This document shows positions 19,055-27,155 of a stretch of DNA of 64,000 nt, piece by piece (position 1 is the first letter of the stretch; every line of letters starts with the position of its first letter). Origin of the DNA: a virus; the IMG/VR virus record IMGVR_UViG_3300037184_000121, positions 1-64,000 of that record; one strand, given 5' to 3'. The notes beneath the pieces were generated by a model. It was not told the origin of the DNA, did not search any database, and worked only from the letters and a program-made list of their open reading frames with translations. The translations under genes were made by a program, and so were the position numbers.

Positions 19055-20187
19055 CCGCACCTTTAACATGGTTTCTTACTGGGAATCTCACTTATGCTAG
19101 AGATGGCTATGCAGGTGCTGTATTGCCAGATGGGAAAGTATTAGTCACTGGAGGAGATGTTCATCTAGGTCCTGATACTCCAACAACTTCTTGTGAACTT
19201 TATGATCCTGTACCTGGAACATGGAGTGCTGCAGGTCCATTGGGTACAGCACGATCTTTTCACAATGCTATTCTTCTTAATAATGGTCAAGTTTTAATTG
19301 TTGGTGGAGCTTCTGGAGGATCAGGTAGTTCCTGCTTAACTTCCTGTGAATTATATGATCCTTCCACAAATACATGTAGTCCTACAGGTTCAATGGCTGA
19401 AGGAAGGGCTCTTATAGGGATCTGGTTATTATCGAATGGTAAAGTTTTAGTAGCTGGGGGCATTCCTACTTTTGTTATTGGAACTTCTTTAGGAACATCA
19501 GAGCTTTATGATCCATCTACAGGTTTGTGGACTCCAACGGGTGATTTAAATACAGCCGTTGGAGGACCTTCAGCTGTTACCTTATCAGATGGTACTCCTC
19601 TTTGTATTGCAGGTAATCAGTCAGGTCCATGGGGAAATTCTTCACAAATTTACTCTGTTTCAGATGGAACATGGAGTGCAACAACAGGAGTGTCAGCTTA
19701 TTCTTTTGAGTGTGGTGGTGGTAATAATTCTATTCTTCTTAATAATGGGAAAGTATTGACTGCAGCGGGGAATCCCCCTCCCATGCACTCAGGAGTGTGT
19801 GAACTTTATGATCCTGGAACACAGACATACACTTTAACAGGGTCTCTAAATATTCCAAGAGCTGAAGCATGTCTCTTTAAATTAAGTGATGGTAGAATTC
19901 TAATAGCAGGTGGTGATCTATCAGATGGTGAGAGTTGTACTAATACCTGCGAAATATATGATCCAAGTTTAGGAACATGGACCATGGCTTCCCCCCTCAC
20001 CACCAATAGAGCTACTGGGCCTTCAGACTTGGGATTTCAACTCCACAATGGAGATTTATTGTGGCCTTCTGGAGCCTATAATTTTACTTCATTAAATGGT
20101 ACATCTGTAGATCGACTTAGCCAAACAGGAATAACTCCAGTAGTAGTTTCAGCAAAACAAAAAGCTTCGACAAATTTAGTTTTTTAA
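19048..20187 (+). CDS. Kelch-repeat beta-propeller protein
   Basis: About six repeats of LxxGKVLVxGG...ELYDP..G.W...G.L...R. Confidence 0.9.
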   Translation: MSPAPLTWFLTGNLTYARDGYAGAVLPDGKVLVTGGDVHLGPDTPTTSCELYDPVPGTWSAAGPLGTARSFHNAILLNNGQVLIVGGASGGSGSSCLTSCELYDPSTNTCSPTGSMAEGRALIGIWLLSNGKVLVAGGIPTFVIGTSLGTSELYDPSTGLWTPTGDLNTAVGGPSAVTLSDGTPLCIAGNQSGPWGNSSQIYSVSDGTWSATTGVSAYSFECGGGNNSILLNNGKVLTAAGNPPPMHSGVCELYDPGTQTYTLTGSLNIPRAEACLFKLSDGRILIAGGDLSDGESCTNTCEIYDPSLGTWTMASPLTTNRATGPSDLGFQLHNGDLLWPSGAYNFTSLNGTSVDRLSQTGITPVVVSAKQKASTNLVF

Positions 20188-20203
20188 CAAAAGGTAGATA
20201 ACA

Positions 20204-20767
20204 ATGGGTGATTCTTTTCAAATTTTGCCTGATCAGTCACAGTTCGGCCCAGATTCCATGGAGTGGTATTTCCTTTCAATTCGTGAGAAGGATAAGTGGA
20301 TCTTGAACCTTAGTGGAGAACGTGTTCTACTCTATAAGAAACGCTATGAAGGTCAGCGTTGTCCTCTTTTTGATGTGGACCGACATACGAATGCTCAGCA
20401 TGAAGATGAAATCTGCTATGGGACGGGATGGATTGCTGCTGATGCTAATTTGACAGGACCAAATGCTGGTGGTCCTTACTATGGATATTTTCAGCCTATT
20501 GAAATTGTTGTAAGTTTGATGTCAAGTGGTCCTGACGATTTGGCCTTGACTGATTATGGTCAGCAACGAATCTATAAACCCCATTCTTGGACAGCCCATG
20601 AGCCTCTATTGACTCCAGGGGATATGATTGTTCGTCGAAATAATGGACGCTTTTTTATTACTGAAGTGTTCGTCCGTCGCTGGAAACATTTCGTAACACA
20701 TCAGGATTTTGAAATGACTGAAATCGAACGTGGATCTATTGTCTATAAATTACCTAGTGGACTTTAA
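20204..20767 (+). CDS. Putative head closure / head-tail joining protein
   Basis: GERVLLYK, CYGTG and PGDMIV motifs; located just upstream of terminator and sheath. Confidence 0.55.
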   Translation: MGDSFQILPDQSQFGPDSMEWYFLSIREKDKWILNLSGERVLLYKKRYEGQRCPLFDVDRHTNAQHEDEICYGTGWIAADANLTGPNAGGPYYGYFQPIEIVVSLMSSGPDDLALTDYGQQRIYKPHSWTAHEPLLTPGDMIVRRNNGRFFITEVFVRRWKHFVTHQDFEMTEIERGSIVYKLPSGL

Positions 20768-20769
20768 TT

Positions 20770-22182
20770 ATGGCAAACTCTAATCCTTATCTCATTCTTA
20801 CTAGATGTCGCACATCTGTAATCCGTGAGCTTAAAGAAATTTTTGCTCCAAGGCATAATACATCTGTTGTTCCTCCTTTCGAATACAATTATATTGAAAC
20901 TTCGTCATCGGCTACCCTTCAATTCTATGGAAATCCTGTTAGTGGGGATACCGTAACACTTGGGGCTGACCCTGTACTGCTTACGCCAAATGTAGTGATG
21001 TTTGTTTCTGCAGCTCCATCAGGTCTTCAGGTTTTGATTGGGGCAACACAGCAAATTACATTAGCCAATCTGGTTGCCTTCATAAATGCTCATAGTGCTA
21101 CTCTTACCATGAGTGCTACTACAAATACAATTCCAAATCAATTGAAATTGACATCGATTACAACGGGTGTATCAGGTAATGGCACTGTTTTGGCAACTAC
21201 TTCAAAGATTTTACGATTCTCTTCTCCTACACTTACCCAAGGGGGCTTATGGGATTTTGATAATTCAGAGATCTTTATTGGAGATGCCATTCCACAGGAC
21301 TATCAAGATTGGCCCATGATCATTGTGGATACGGCTAGTGCCAGTGAAACCCGCTACCTAGGCCCAGAAGATAGCTATCAGGCTAAGAACGTGTTCAACG
21401 TGGTTACGGTTGATGAGATTTTCTCAAGCCTAGTAGTTAACATTAATATCAAGGTATACACAATTGACGATACTCTAGCCAGGGATAAGATTATTGACTT
21501 GATTTATAATAACATCTCAGAGATTAGACACCAGTTGGCTATAAACGGTATAGAAATGATTGATCGTTCCCTGCCTACTGAAACCAGGATAGCCCAAAAT
21601 CAGCGTGTTTATATTGAAAACCATTTTATTTTAAGAGTATATTGCGAGTGGTCAGATTCAACTTCGATTGTTAATGTTTCTTCTGTTGGTGTGTCTGTAC
21701 CTTTTTATACATCTGTTATTCCTGTTATTAATAGTCCTCTGTCATATTCTTACAACATAGCTTCTAATGGGATATCTTTTGTAATTGAGAATGTTTTAGA
21801 TAGTACACATTTAGAAATTAATAGTGCAATTGGATTAGTATCAGGATACCAGATTAAACAGGGACTTATTCTAACAACTGTTGTCTCAATAACAGATTTA
21901 ACGCATATAGTCGTTACAAGTACAACTGGATTTACAACTGGTGCAGCAGTTATGGGAATTCCTTTTAGTTATCAGATTACAGCTTCAAATAGTCCAATAA
22001 GTTATGGAGAAGTTTCAGCTTCTGTTCCTCCTATTACTTTACCATTACCAGGATTAATGTTTGATTCAGCTAATGGTCTTTTATCTGGTATTCCAACTGT
22101 TACAGGTACATTTTACATTACAATCTCTGCTACAAATCTGGCTGGTACTGGAACAGGTTCTCTTACGGTGGTTATTTCTTAA
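20770..22182 (+). CDS. Putative tail terminator/completion protein with inserted and Ig-like domains
   Basis: WPMIIVD core; C-terminal LPGLMFDSANGLLSGIPT..GTF.ITISATN putative Ig domain; upstream of sheath. Confidence 0.6.
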   Translation: MANSNPYLILTRCRTSVIRELKEIFAPRHNTSVVPPFEYNYIETSSSATLQFYGNPVSGDTVTLGADPVLLTPNVVMFVSAAPSGLQVLIGATQQITLANLVAFINAHSATLTMSATTNTIPNQLKLTSITTGVSGNGTVLATTSKILRFSSPTLTQGGLWDFDNSEIFIGDAIPQDYQDWPMIIVDTASASETRYLGPEDSYQAKNVFNVVTVDEIFSSLVVNINIKVYTIDDTLARDKIIDLIYNNISEIRHQLAINGIEMIDRSLPTETRIAQNQRVYIENHFILRVYCEWSDSTSIVNVSSVGVSVPFYTSVIPVINSPLSYSYNIASNGISFVIENVLDSTHLEINSAIGLVSGYQIKQGLILTTVVSITDLTHIVVTSTTGFTTGAAVMGIPFSYQITASNSPISYGEVSASVPPITLPLPGLMFDSANGLLSGIPTVTGTFYITISATNLAGTGTGSLTVVIS

Positions 22183-22183
22183 T

Positions 22184-22939
22184 ATGGCTTATAAACGAAT
22201 ACAAGGTATTTATAGAATTTTAAATTTAGTTACTGGCCTTTTTTACATAGGTTCAGCTGCTACAATATTATCTCGTTGGGCTAATCATAAATCTAGACTT
22301 AAGAAAAATACACATGATAATATCTATCTTCAACGAGCTTGGAATAAGTATGGAGAAGAGGCATTTAAATTTGAAGTAATTGAAGAAATTCAAGATGAAA
22401 ATCAATTAATTCAAAGGGAACAATTTTATTTAGATACTTTTCAATGCTTTGCTGATTTGGGGAAAGGTTATAATATTTTAAAAGAAGCAGGGCATACAGT
22501 AGGATTTAAATTTTCTGAAGAAACTAAAGCTCTTTGGAGTAAACAGCGTACTGGTAGAAAGCATACAGAAGAAGCTAAAGAATTAATTAGAAAACATGCT
22601 TTACAATATAGGCATTCTGAAGAGTCTAAAAAGAGGATTTCAGAATCAAATATGGGTAAACATAATATATCTGAGGACCGTAGGCAGAAAATTAAGGAAT
22701 TTCAATTGTCTAAGAATCATTTATGGAAACAAATTCTGGCAATGTATCCGAATAAGCAGGATTTAATAACATTGTTATCTAGTAAGACAGGAAAAGAATT
22801 GAGAGAATTATGGAATTGTAGTTATGGTGTGATTAAGCGAGTTACTATGGAACTTGGTCTTAATTCGAAGCCTAGAATATCTACTAAAGGGCATAAATGG
22901 TCTGCAGGAACACAGAGTTTAACTCTTACAGTTTCTTAA
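22184..22939 (+). CDS. GIY-YIG homing endonuclease
   Basis: GIYRI..YIGSA, RW..H, EQFYLD, GYN, NUMOD3-like repeats; start reassigned to ATG 22184. Confidence 0.92.
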   Translation: MAYKRIQGIYRILNLVTGLFYIGSAATILSRWANHKSRLKKNTHDNIYLQRAWNKYGEEAFKFEVIEEIQDENQLIQREQFYLDTFQCFADLGKGYNILKEAGHTVGFKFSEETKALWSKQRTGRKHTEEAKELIRKHALQYRHSEESKKRISESNMGKHNISEDRRQKIKEFQLSKNHLWKQILAMYPNKQDLITLLSSKTGKELRELWNCSYGVIKRVTMELGLNSKPRISTKGHKWSAGTQSLTLTVS

Positions 22940-22970
22940 TGGCAGTAGATAAGAATAAAAACATCTAAAA

Positions 22971-22997
22971 AGTATAATATTTCTGCGTTATTATAGG
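22971..22997 (+). promoter_or_regulatory. Conserved palindromic element, copy 2 (candidate late promoter/operator)
   Basis: AGTATAATATTTCTGCGTTATTATAGG upstream of the sheath gene. Confidence 0.55.
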
Positions 22998-23092
22998 AGT
23001 ACTACGTGCAGACGTAGGATGTTGCTATTTATAAAACAAATTTTTGTAAGAAAAAATAGATTTAAAACTTAGTAGTTATAAGGAGCCAACCC

Positions 23093-25399
23093 ATGCCTTC
23101 CATTAATTCACAACCTGTTTTGCCTGGAGTCTATGACCAAGTGCAACAGCAATTGCTTGCTTCAGTAACTGGTGGCATTCGTGTCGCAGCTTATATTGGA
23201 ACAGGACGACTTACAAATTTAGTAGCTGGCGAAGTAGTTACTCGTGGAGCAACCAGCACTGATGCTCTTGCTCATACTGCTACTGTTCTTGATGGCAGTA
23301 CCATCACTGACGCTAACTATGCAACTTATGAAGCAGGTGTTGATTATTCTGCTACTCCAGTTTCAGGTGGAGTTGAATGGCTTAGTGGTCCTATTTCTTT
23401 AACAGGCAAACTCTCCGATCCTTATGCAGGTCTTAGCGGAAAAACTTTCCAAGTATCCGTTGCTGGTGGACCAATTCAAACATTTACTTTTTCTACAGAA
23501 ACTACAGCTGTTGAAGTTGCTGCCCTTATAAATGCTACATCAGTCCAGTTCAATGCAACCACTCCAGAAGTTCCAGTACCTACTCTTGCCACAGCTTCTA
23601 CATATGCTGTTCTCGGTGATACAACTGTAACAGCTGCTTCAACTGGTACAGGTACAGCACTAACTGGAGATTTAGGTAACGTTGCAGCCACAAGCATCAC
23701 AGGATTCCCCAATGGTACATACACGGGTACTCTTCACAGTGGAGATACTGCTGCTGGAACAGCAAACACTGATGCTCACACTGCTTACACTGCTTTTGCT
23801 GCTCTTCCAGTTACAACTAATCTTACAGGTCAAGATTTAGGTACTTTAACTCTTGCTCCTGGGGTTTATAAATTTAATTCTTCAGCCCAATTAACAGGGA
23901 CTCTTACTCTAGATGCAGGTGGTAATCCAAATGCTCAATGGGTATTCCAAATTGGTTCTACATTAACAACTGCAAGTGCATCTTCAGTTGTATTAATTCA
24001 TGGTGCCTCTGCTGGTAACGTTTATTGGCAAGTTGGTAGTTCTGCTACATTAGGAACCACAACAGCTCTACAAGGAACAATCATTGCCCTAGCAAGCATC
24101 ACTGCTGATACAGGTGCAACTGTTCAAGGACGACTTATTGCTCTTACAGGTGCTGTAACATTAGATCATAACACGGTAACAGTTGTTCCTGGAACTTCTC
24201 CTTCTGGGGCTCTCACCATTACTACAGTTGCTGGATTTAATTCCTCGCTTACAATTGAGAACGGAACAGCAAATTCAATTCTTGGATTTGTTGCTGGTTC
24301 ACTCGTTTCTACTCCTTCACAGCCAGCTCTTGGTGTTAAGTATTATGTGAATTATGAGTGGGCAAAAGCAATTGGGGATGGACAGAATTCATTCCAGCCT
24401 CAGTTCTTCTTTGTGCAGAATTTCAGCACAATTATAAATGCAATGGGAACTGTTGGTGGTGGGGATTCTCAGACGGCAAATATGCTAGGTGCTTGGACTC
24501 TTCCAGTTGCTGCTCGATTAGCACAACAGAATGGAGCCAGTATTGTTTGCTTGATGCAGATGAATCCAGCTGATGGATCGAATGCTTCTCAGGTTCGTGC
24601 AGCTCTTCAAAAGCTGTTCATTCCAAATATTAATATCGTTGTTTCTCTGGATGCTGCAGATAATGCAATGCTTATCCCAGATATTACAGCACATGTTGAA
24701 ACAGCCTCAAGCACAATTAACCGATTAGAAAGAACAGCTTTCATTGGTTTCTTGGCAGGATCAAATCCAACAATGCTTGGATATGCAACTGCTGCTTCCA
24801 GCAATCGTGTGGTTGTTGTCAATCAGACCAATACAGTATATTCAATGTTCATTGGCACAAATACTCTTCCTTCAGTTGTTGATGGAACGATGATGGCTGC
24901 AGCTTTAGCAGCTCTTCGTACAGATCCAGCATACGATGTTGCACAGCCATTGACTCGTGAAATCGTTTCTGGAATTTCTACTACGAATACTTTGGCCCAA
25001 GCAGAGAAAGTAATTCTATCCAATGGTGGAGTACTCATCGTTGACAATATCAGTGGATCTCCTAAAGTTGTGTTCGGGACAACCACTTCATTTGCAACAA
25101 TCTTGAATCAGCTCTATCAGGTTACAGAAATTACCGACTATTGCGCTCAGACTCTTCGTGGACTTCTTGATCCAATTTTCATTGGACAGAAGTTGCTGAC
25201 TAATACTCCTTCACAGGTTGAAACTGTTTCAGGAGCAATTATGCAGACGATTGAAGATGCAAATATTATTGAATCATTCGTACAGCCTACAGCAACAGTA
25301 AATCCAGTACAGCCTACCCAGATTCTACTCCAGGTAGGTATTCAACCAGTGCTGGAACTTGACACAATTCTAATCACACTTGGTCTTAACCTAGCATAA
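23093..25399 (+). CDS. Contractile tail sheath protein with inserted ice-binding (DUF3494-like) domain
   Basis: N-terminal PGVY; HVETAS...ER; NRVVVV; AAALAA; PLT; C-terminal FIG...IQPV; ice-binding-type solenoid at about 23585-24187. Confidence 0.88.
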   Translation: MPSINSQPVLPGVYDQVQQQLLASVTGGIRVAAYIGTGRLTNLVAGEVVTRGATSTDALAHTATVLDGSTITDANYATYEAGVDYSATPVSGGVEWLSGPISLTGKLSDPYAGLSGKTFQVSVAGGPIQTFTFSTETTAVEVAALINATSVQFNATTPEVPVPTLATASTYAVLGDTTVTAASTGTGTALTGDLGNVAATSITGFPNGTYTGTLHSGDTAAGTANTDAHTAYTAFAALPVTTNLTGQDLGTLTLAPGVYKFNSSAQLTGTLTLDAGGNPNAQWVFQIGSTLTTASASSVVLIHGASAGNVYWQVGSSATLGTTTALQGTIIALASITADTGATVQGRLIALTGAVTLDHNTVTVVPGTSPSGALTITTVAGFNSSLTIENGTANSILGFVAGSLVSTPSQPALGVKYYVNYEWAKAIGDGQNSFQPQFFFVQNFSTIINAMGTVGGGDSQTANMLGAWTLPVAARLAQQNGASIVCLMQMNPADGSNASQVRAALQKLFIPNINIVVSLDAADNAMLIPDITAHVETASSTINRLERTAFIGFLAGSNPTMLGYATAASSNRVVVVNQTNTVYSMFIGTNTLPSVVDGTMMAAALAALRTDPAYDVAQPLTREIVSGISTTNTLAQAEKVILSNGGVLIVDNISGSPKVVFGTTTSFATILNQLYQVTEITDYCAQTLRGLLDPIFIGQKLLTNTPSQVETVSGAIMQTIEDANIIESFVQPTATVNPVQPTQILLQVGIQPVLELDTILITLGLNLA

Positions 25400-25446
25400 G
25401 TTAGATAAGAAAAATTTAAAAGATATTTTTGTAAAGGAGAATATTT

Positions 25447-25977
25447 ATGGCAGAATTGGGCAACACCATTGCGAGGCTTTCAACCTCAGTTTCATTATTT
25501 GTACTTCCAAAGTCTTTAAATTCAACGACCCTCAATAACCCAACAGCTCTCTTAGCACTTGCTCAACAGAGTGCAAAGATTGGTGCTGTACAATCATTTA
25601 CTCAAACTCAGCGTCGAAATACAGATTTTCGATTTGAATTGGATAGTGATCAGCAGGGTAAACCCGTTGAACGTCTTCCTCGTACAGTGGATGAATATTC
25701 TCTTCATGCAGATCGAGTTATGCTATACGTTTCTGATGTCCTGGAAACTCTTGGTATTTCTGGTGATGATATTGTCAATAACAATGCTCCAATAGGTATC
25801 TTGAAGCAGGAGATTGCCCCACCTGGATCTGGTATTCCTACGAAGAGCACAATTTTCACAGGAGTTTGGGTACACTCTGTATCAGCTAGTTATAATATTA
25901 ATGGTGGGGATCTCAGAATTTTAGAAGGGGTGGACCTGGGATATACATCATCCACTGTAATAGGGGAACCTGCATAA
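25447..25977 (+). CDS. Tail tube protein
   Basis: Directly after sheath; KIGAVQS...ELD...R..LY...FTGVW..S.S.SY pattern; strong RBS. Confidence 0.8.
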   Translation: MAELGNTIARLSTSVSLFVLPKSLNSTTLNNPTALLALAQQSAKIGAVQSFTQTQRRNTDFRFELDSDQQGKPVERLPRTVDEYSLHADRVMLYVSDVLETLGISGDDIVNNNAPIGILKQEIAPPGSGIPTKSTIFTGVWVHSVSASYNINGGDLRILEGVDLGYTSSTVIGEPA

Positions 25978-25984
25978 ATAGTAG

Positions 25985-26013
25985 TTGCAAAGAATGTAAA
26001 GATATGATATAAT
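25985..26013 (+). promoter_or_regulatory. Sigma70-type promoter upstream of tail chaperone
   Basis: TTGCAA-17 nt-TATAAT with TG extension. Confidence 0.65.
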
Positions 26014-26045
26014 AGTAGTGAAAGATAAGTAAAAGGAGTTTCACA

Positions 26046-26432
26046 ATGGATTTGACAAATTTTAAAAGTTTGAATCGTGTTTCCAAAGAATTTGAAATTG
26101 TAAAAGTAGGTTATCCTGGACTTGAACAAGGTCTAAAAATTTCAATTCATACATTGGCTGTTCTGGAACAGCAATCAGCCCTAGCAGAGCTTCCTACTTC
26201 TCCATTGGGTCAAGATCCTGCCCTTCGTGCTGTTGTTCTTCAACAGGCACTATTAGTATATGCTCTAGACTCTATTAATGGAGAGAAGATTGACTTGAAG
26301 ACGGCAAAAGACTTCATTCAAAATCTGCAAGCTCCTATTTTCAATGAGATTTATAATTGTTATGATTCAATTGCACAAGAGCAAGATGCAACTATGGTTG
26401 CATTAGCTGAAAGTAAAAAAAAAGTGATTTAA
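26046..26432 (+). CDS. Tail assembly chaperone (G-like)
   Basis: Between tube and tape measure; ends in an A9 slippery run. Confidence 0.8.
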   Translation: MDLTNFKSLNRVSKEFEIVKVGYPGLEQGLKISIHTLAVLEQQSALAELPTSPLGQDPALRAVVLQQALLVYALDSINGEKIDLKTAKDFIQNLQAPIFNEIYNCYDSIAQEQDATMVALAESKKKVI

Positions 26433-26779
26433 TCCCGTTTCGAGACCTTTGGGTCGTCGCAAAATCCCTCCATGTATCTCCCTTCTCTCAAGAAATTTCT
26501 AACCTATCACCTGCACAGTATACATGGATTTTAACTAATCACTTTAAGGATCAAGAGGAAGATTTTGAAAGTACAAAATTGCTTTGTCGATTCTTAAATC
26601 CTGCTGCTGCTGAGACAATATTTGATGGTAAGAAAGTTGAAAAGACTGAGAGTACAAAAGATACGATGTTTGAAAATATGGCTCGTGATCTAAAGGGAAA
26701 ATATACTCCCGAAGAGCTTCAGGCTATGATGGATGATCCAAAAAGATGGGCCAACATGGATCGGATCGAGAAAGCCTAA
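26417..26779 (+). CDS. Tail assembly chaperone extension (GT-like) reached by -1 frameshift
   Basis: -1 frame is open from 26417 to 26779 (KKSDLIPFRDLWVVAK...) with no RBS/ATG at its 5' end. Confidence 0.8.
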   Translation, partial: KKSDLIPFRDLWVVAKSLHVSPFSQEISNLSPAQYTWILTNHFKDQEEDFESTKLLCRFLNPAAAETIFDGKKVEKTESTKDTMFENMARDLKGKYTPEELQAMMDDPKRWANMDRIEKA

Positions 26780-26805
26780 CATTTCTTAACATCCAAAATT
26801 AGCCC

Positions 26806-26834
26806 TTGACATTGTTATCTTCTCCTGCTATACT
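26806..26834 (+). promoter_or_regulatory. Consensus sigma70 promoter, leaderless-type
   Basis: TTGACA-17-TATACT, ATG 5 nt downstream. Confidence 0.85.
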
Positions 26835-26839
26835 GTAGT

Positions 26840-27091
26840 ATGGAAATCTTAATTGCACTCTTCTTCGTAGCGGCCATAGGCTTCCAAGTGCTTAACCTGA
26901 TTGATTGGGTTATTTCTTCTATTTTTCATTTGTTTGGGCTTGGTATTTTTCCTACAAGAGAGTTTGTATTAAAACAATTAGGTTACGATCCAGAGCAATG
27001 TTCCTATGCTGATGCATATTTAAATTGGGAATGCAACCAAGAAATCAGAAAATGGTCAGCACATAGCTATACATATAAATATCAAAGATAA
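26840..27091 (+). CDS. Small membrane protein (moron-like insertion)
   Basis: Hydrophobic N-terminal half; own promoter. Confidence 0.65.
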   Translation: MEILIALFFVAAIGFQVLNLIDWVISSIFHLFGLGIFPTREFVLKQLGYDPEQCSYADAYLNWECNQEIRKWSAHSYTYKYQR

Positions 27092-27155
27092 ATAAGGTTT
27101 AGCAGTATATTTCTGTAGTTCCAACCTAACGTAATTCAATTCTGAGGTAATTCCA

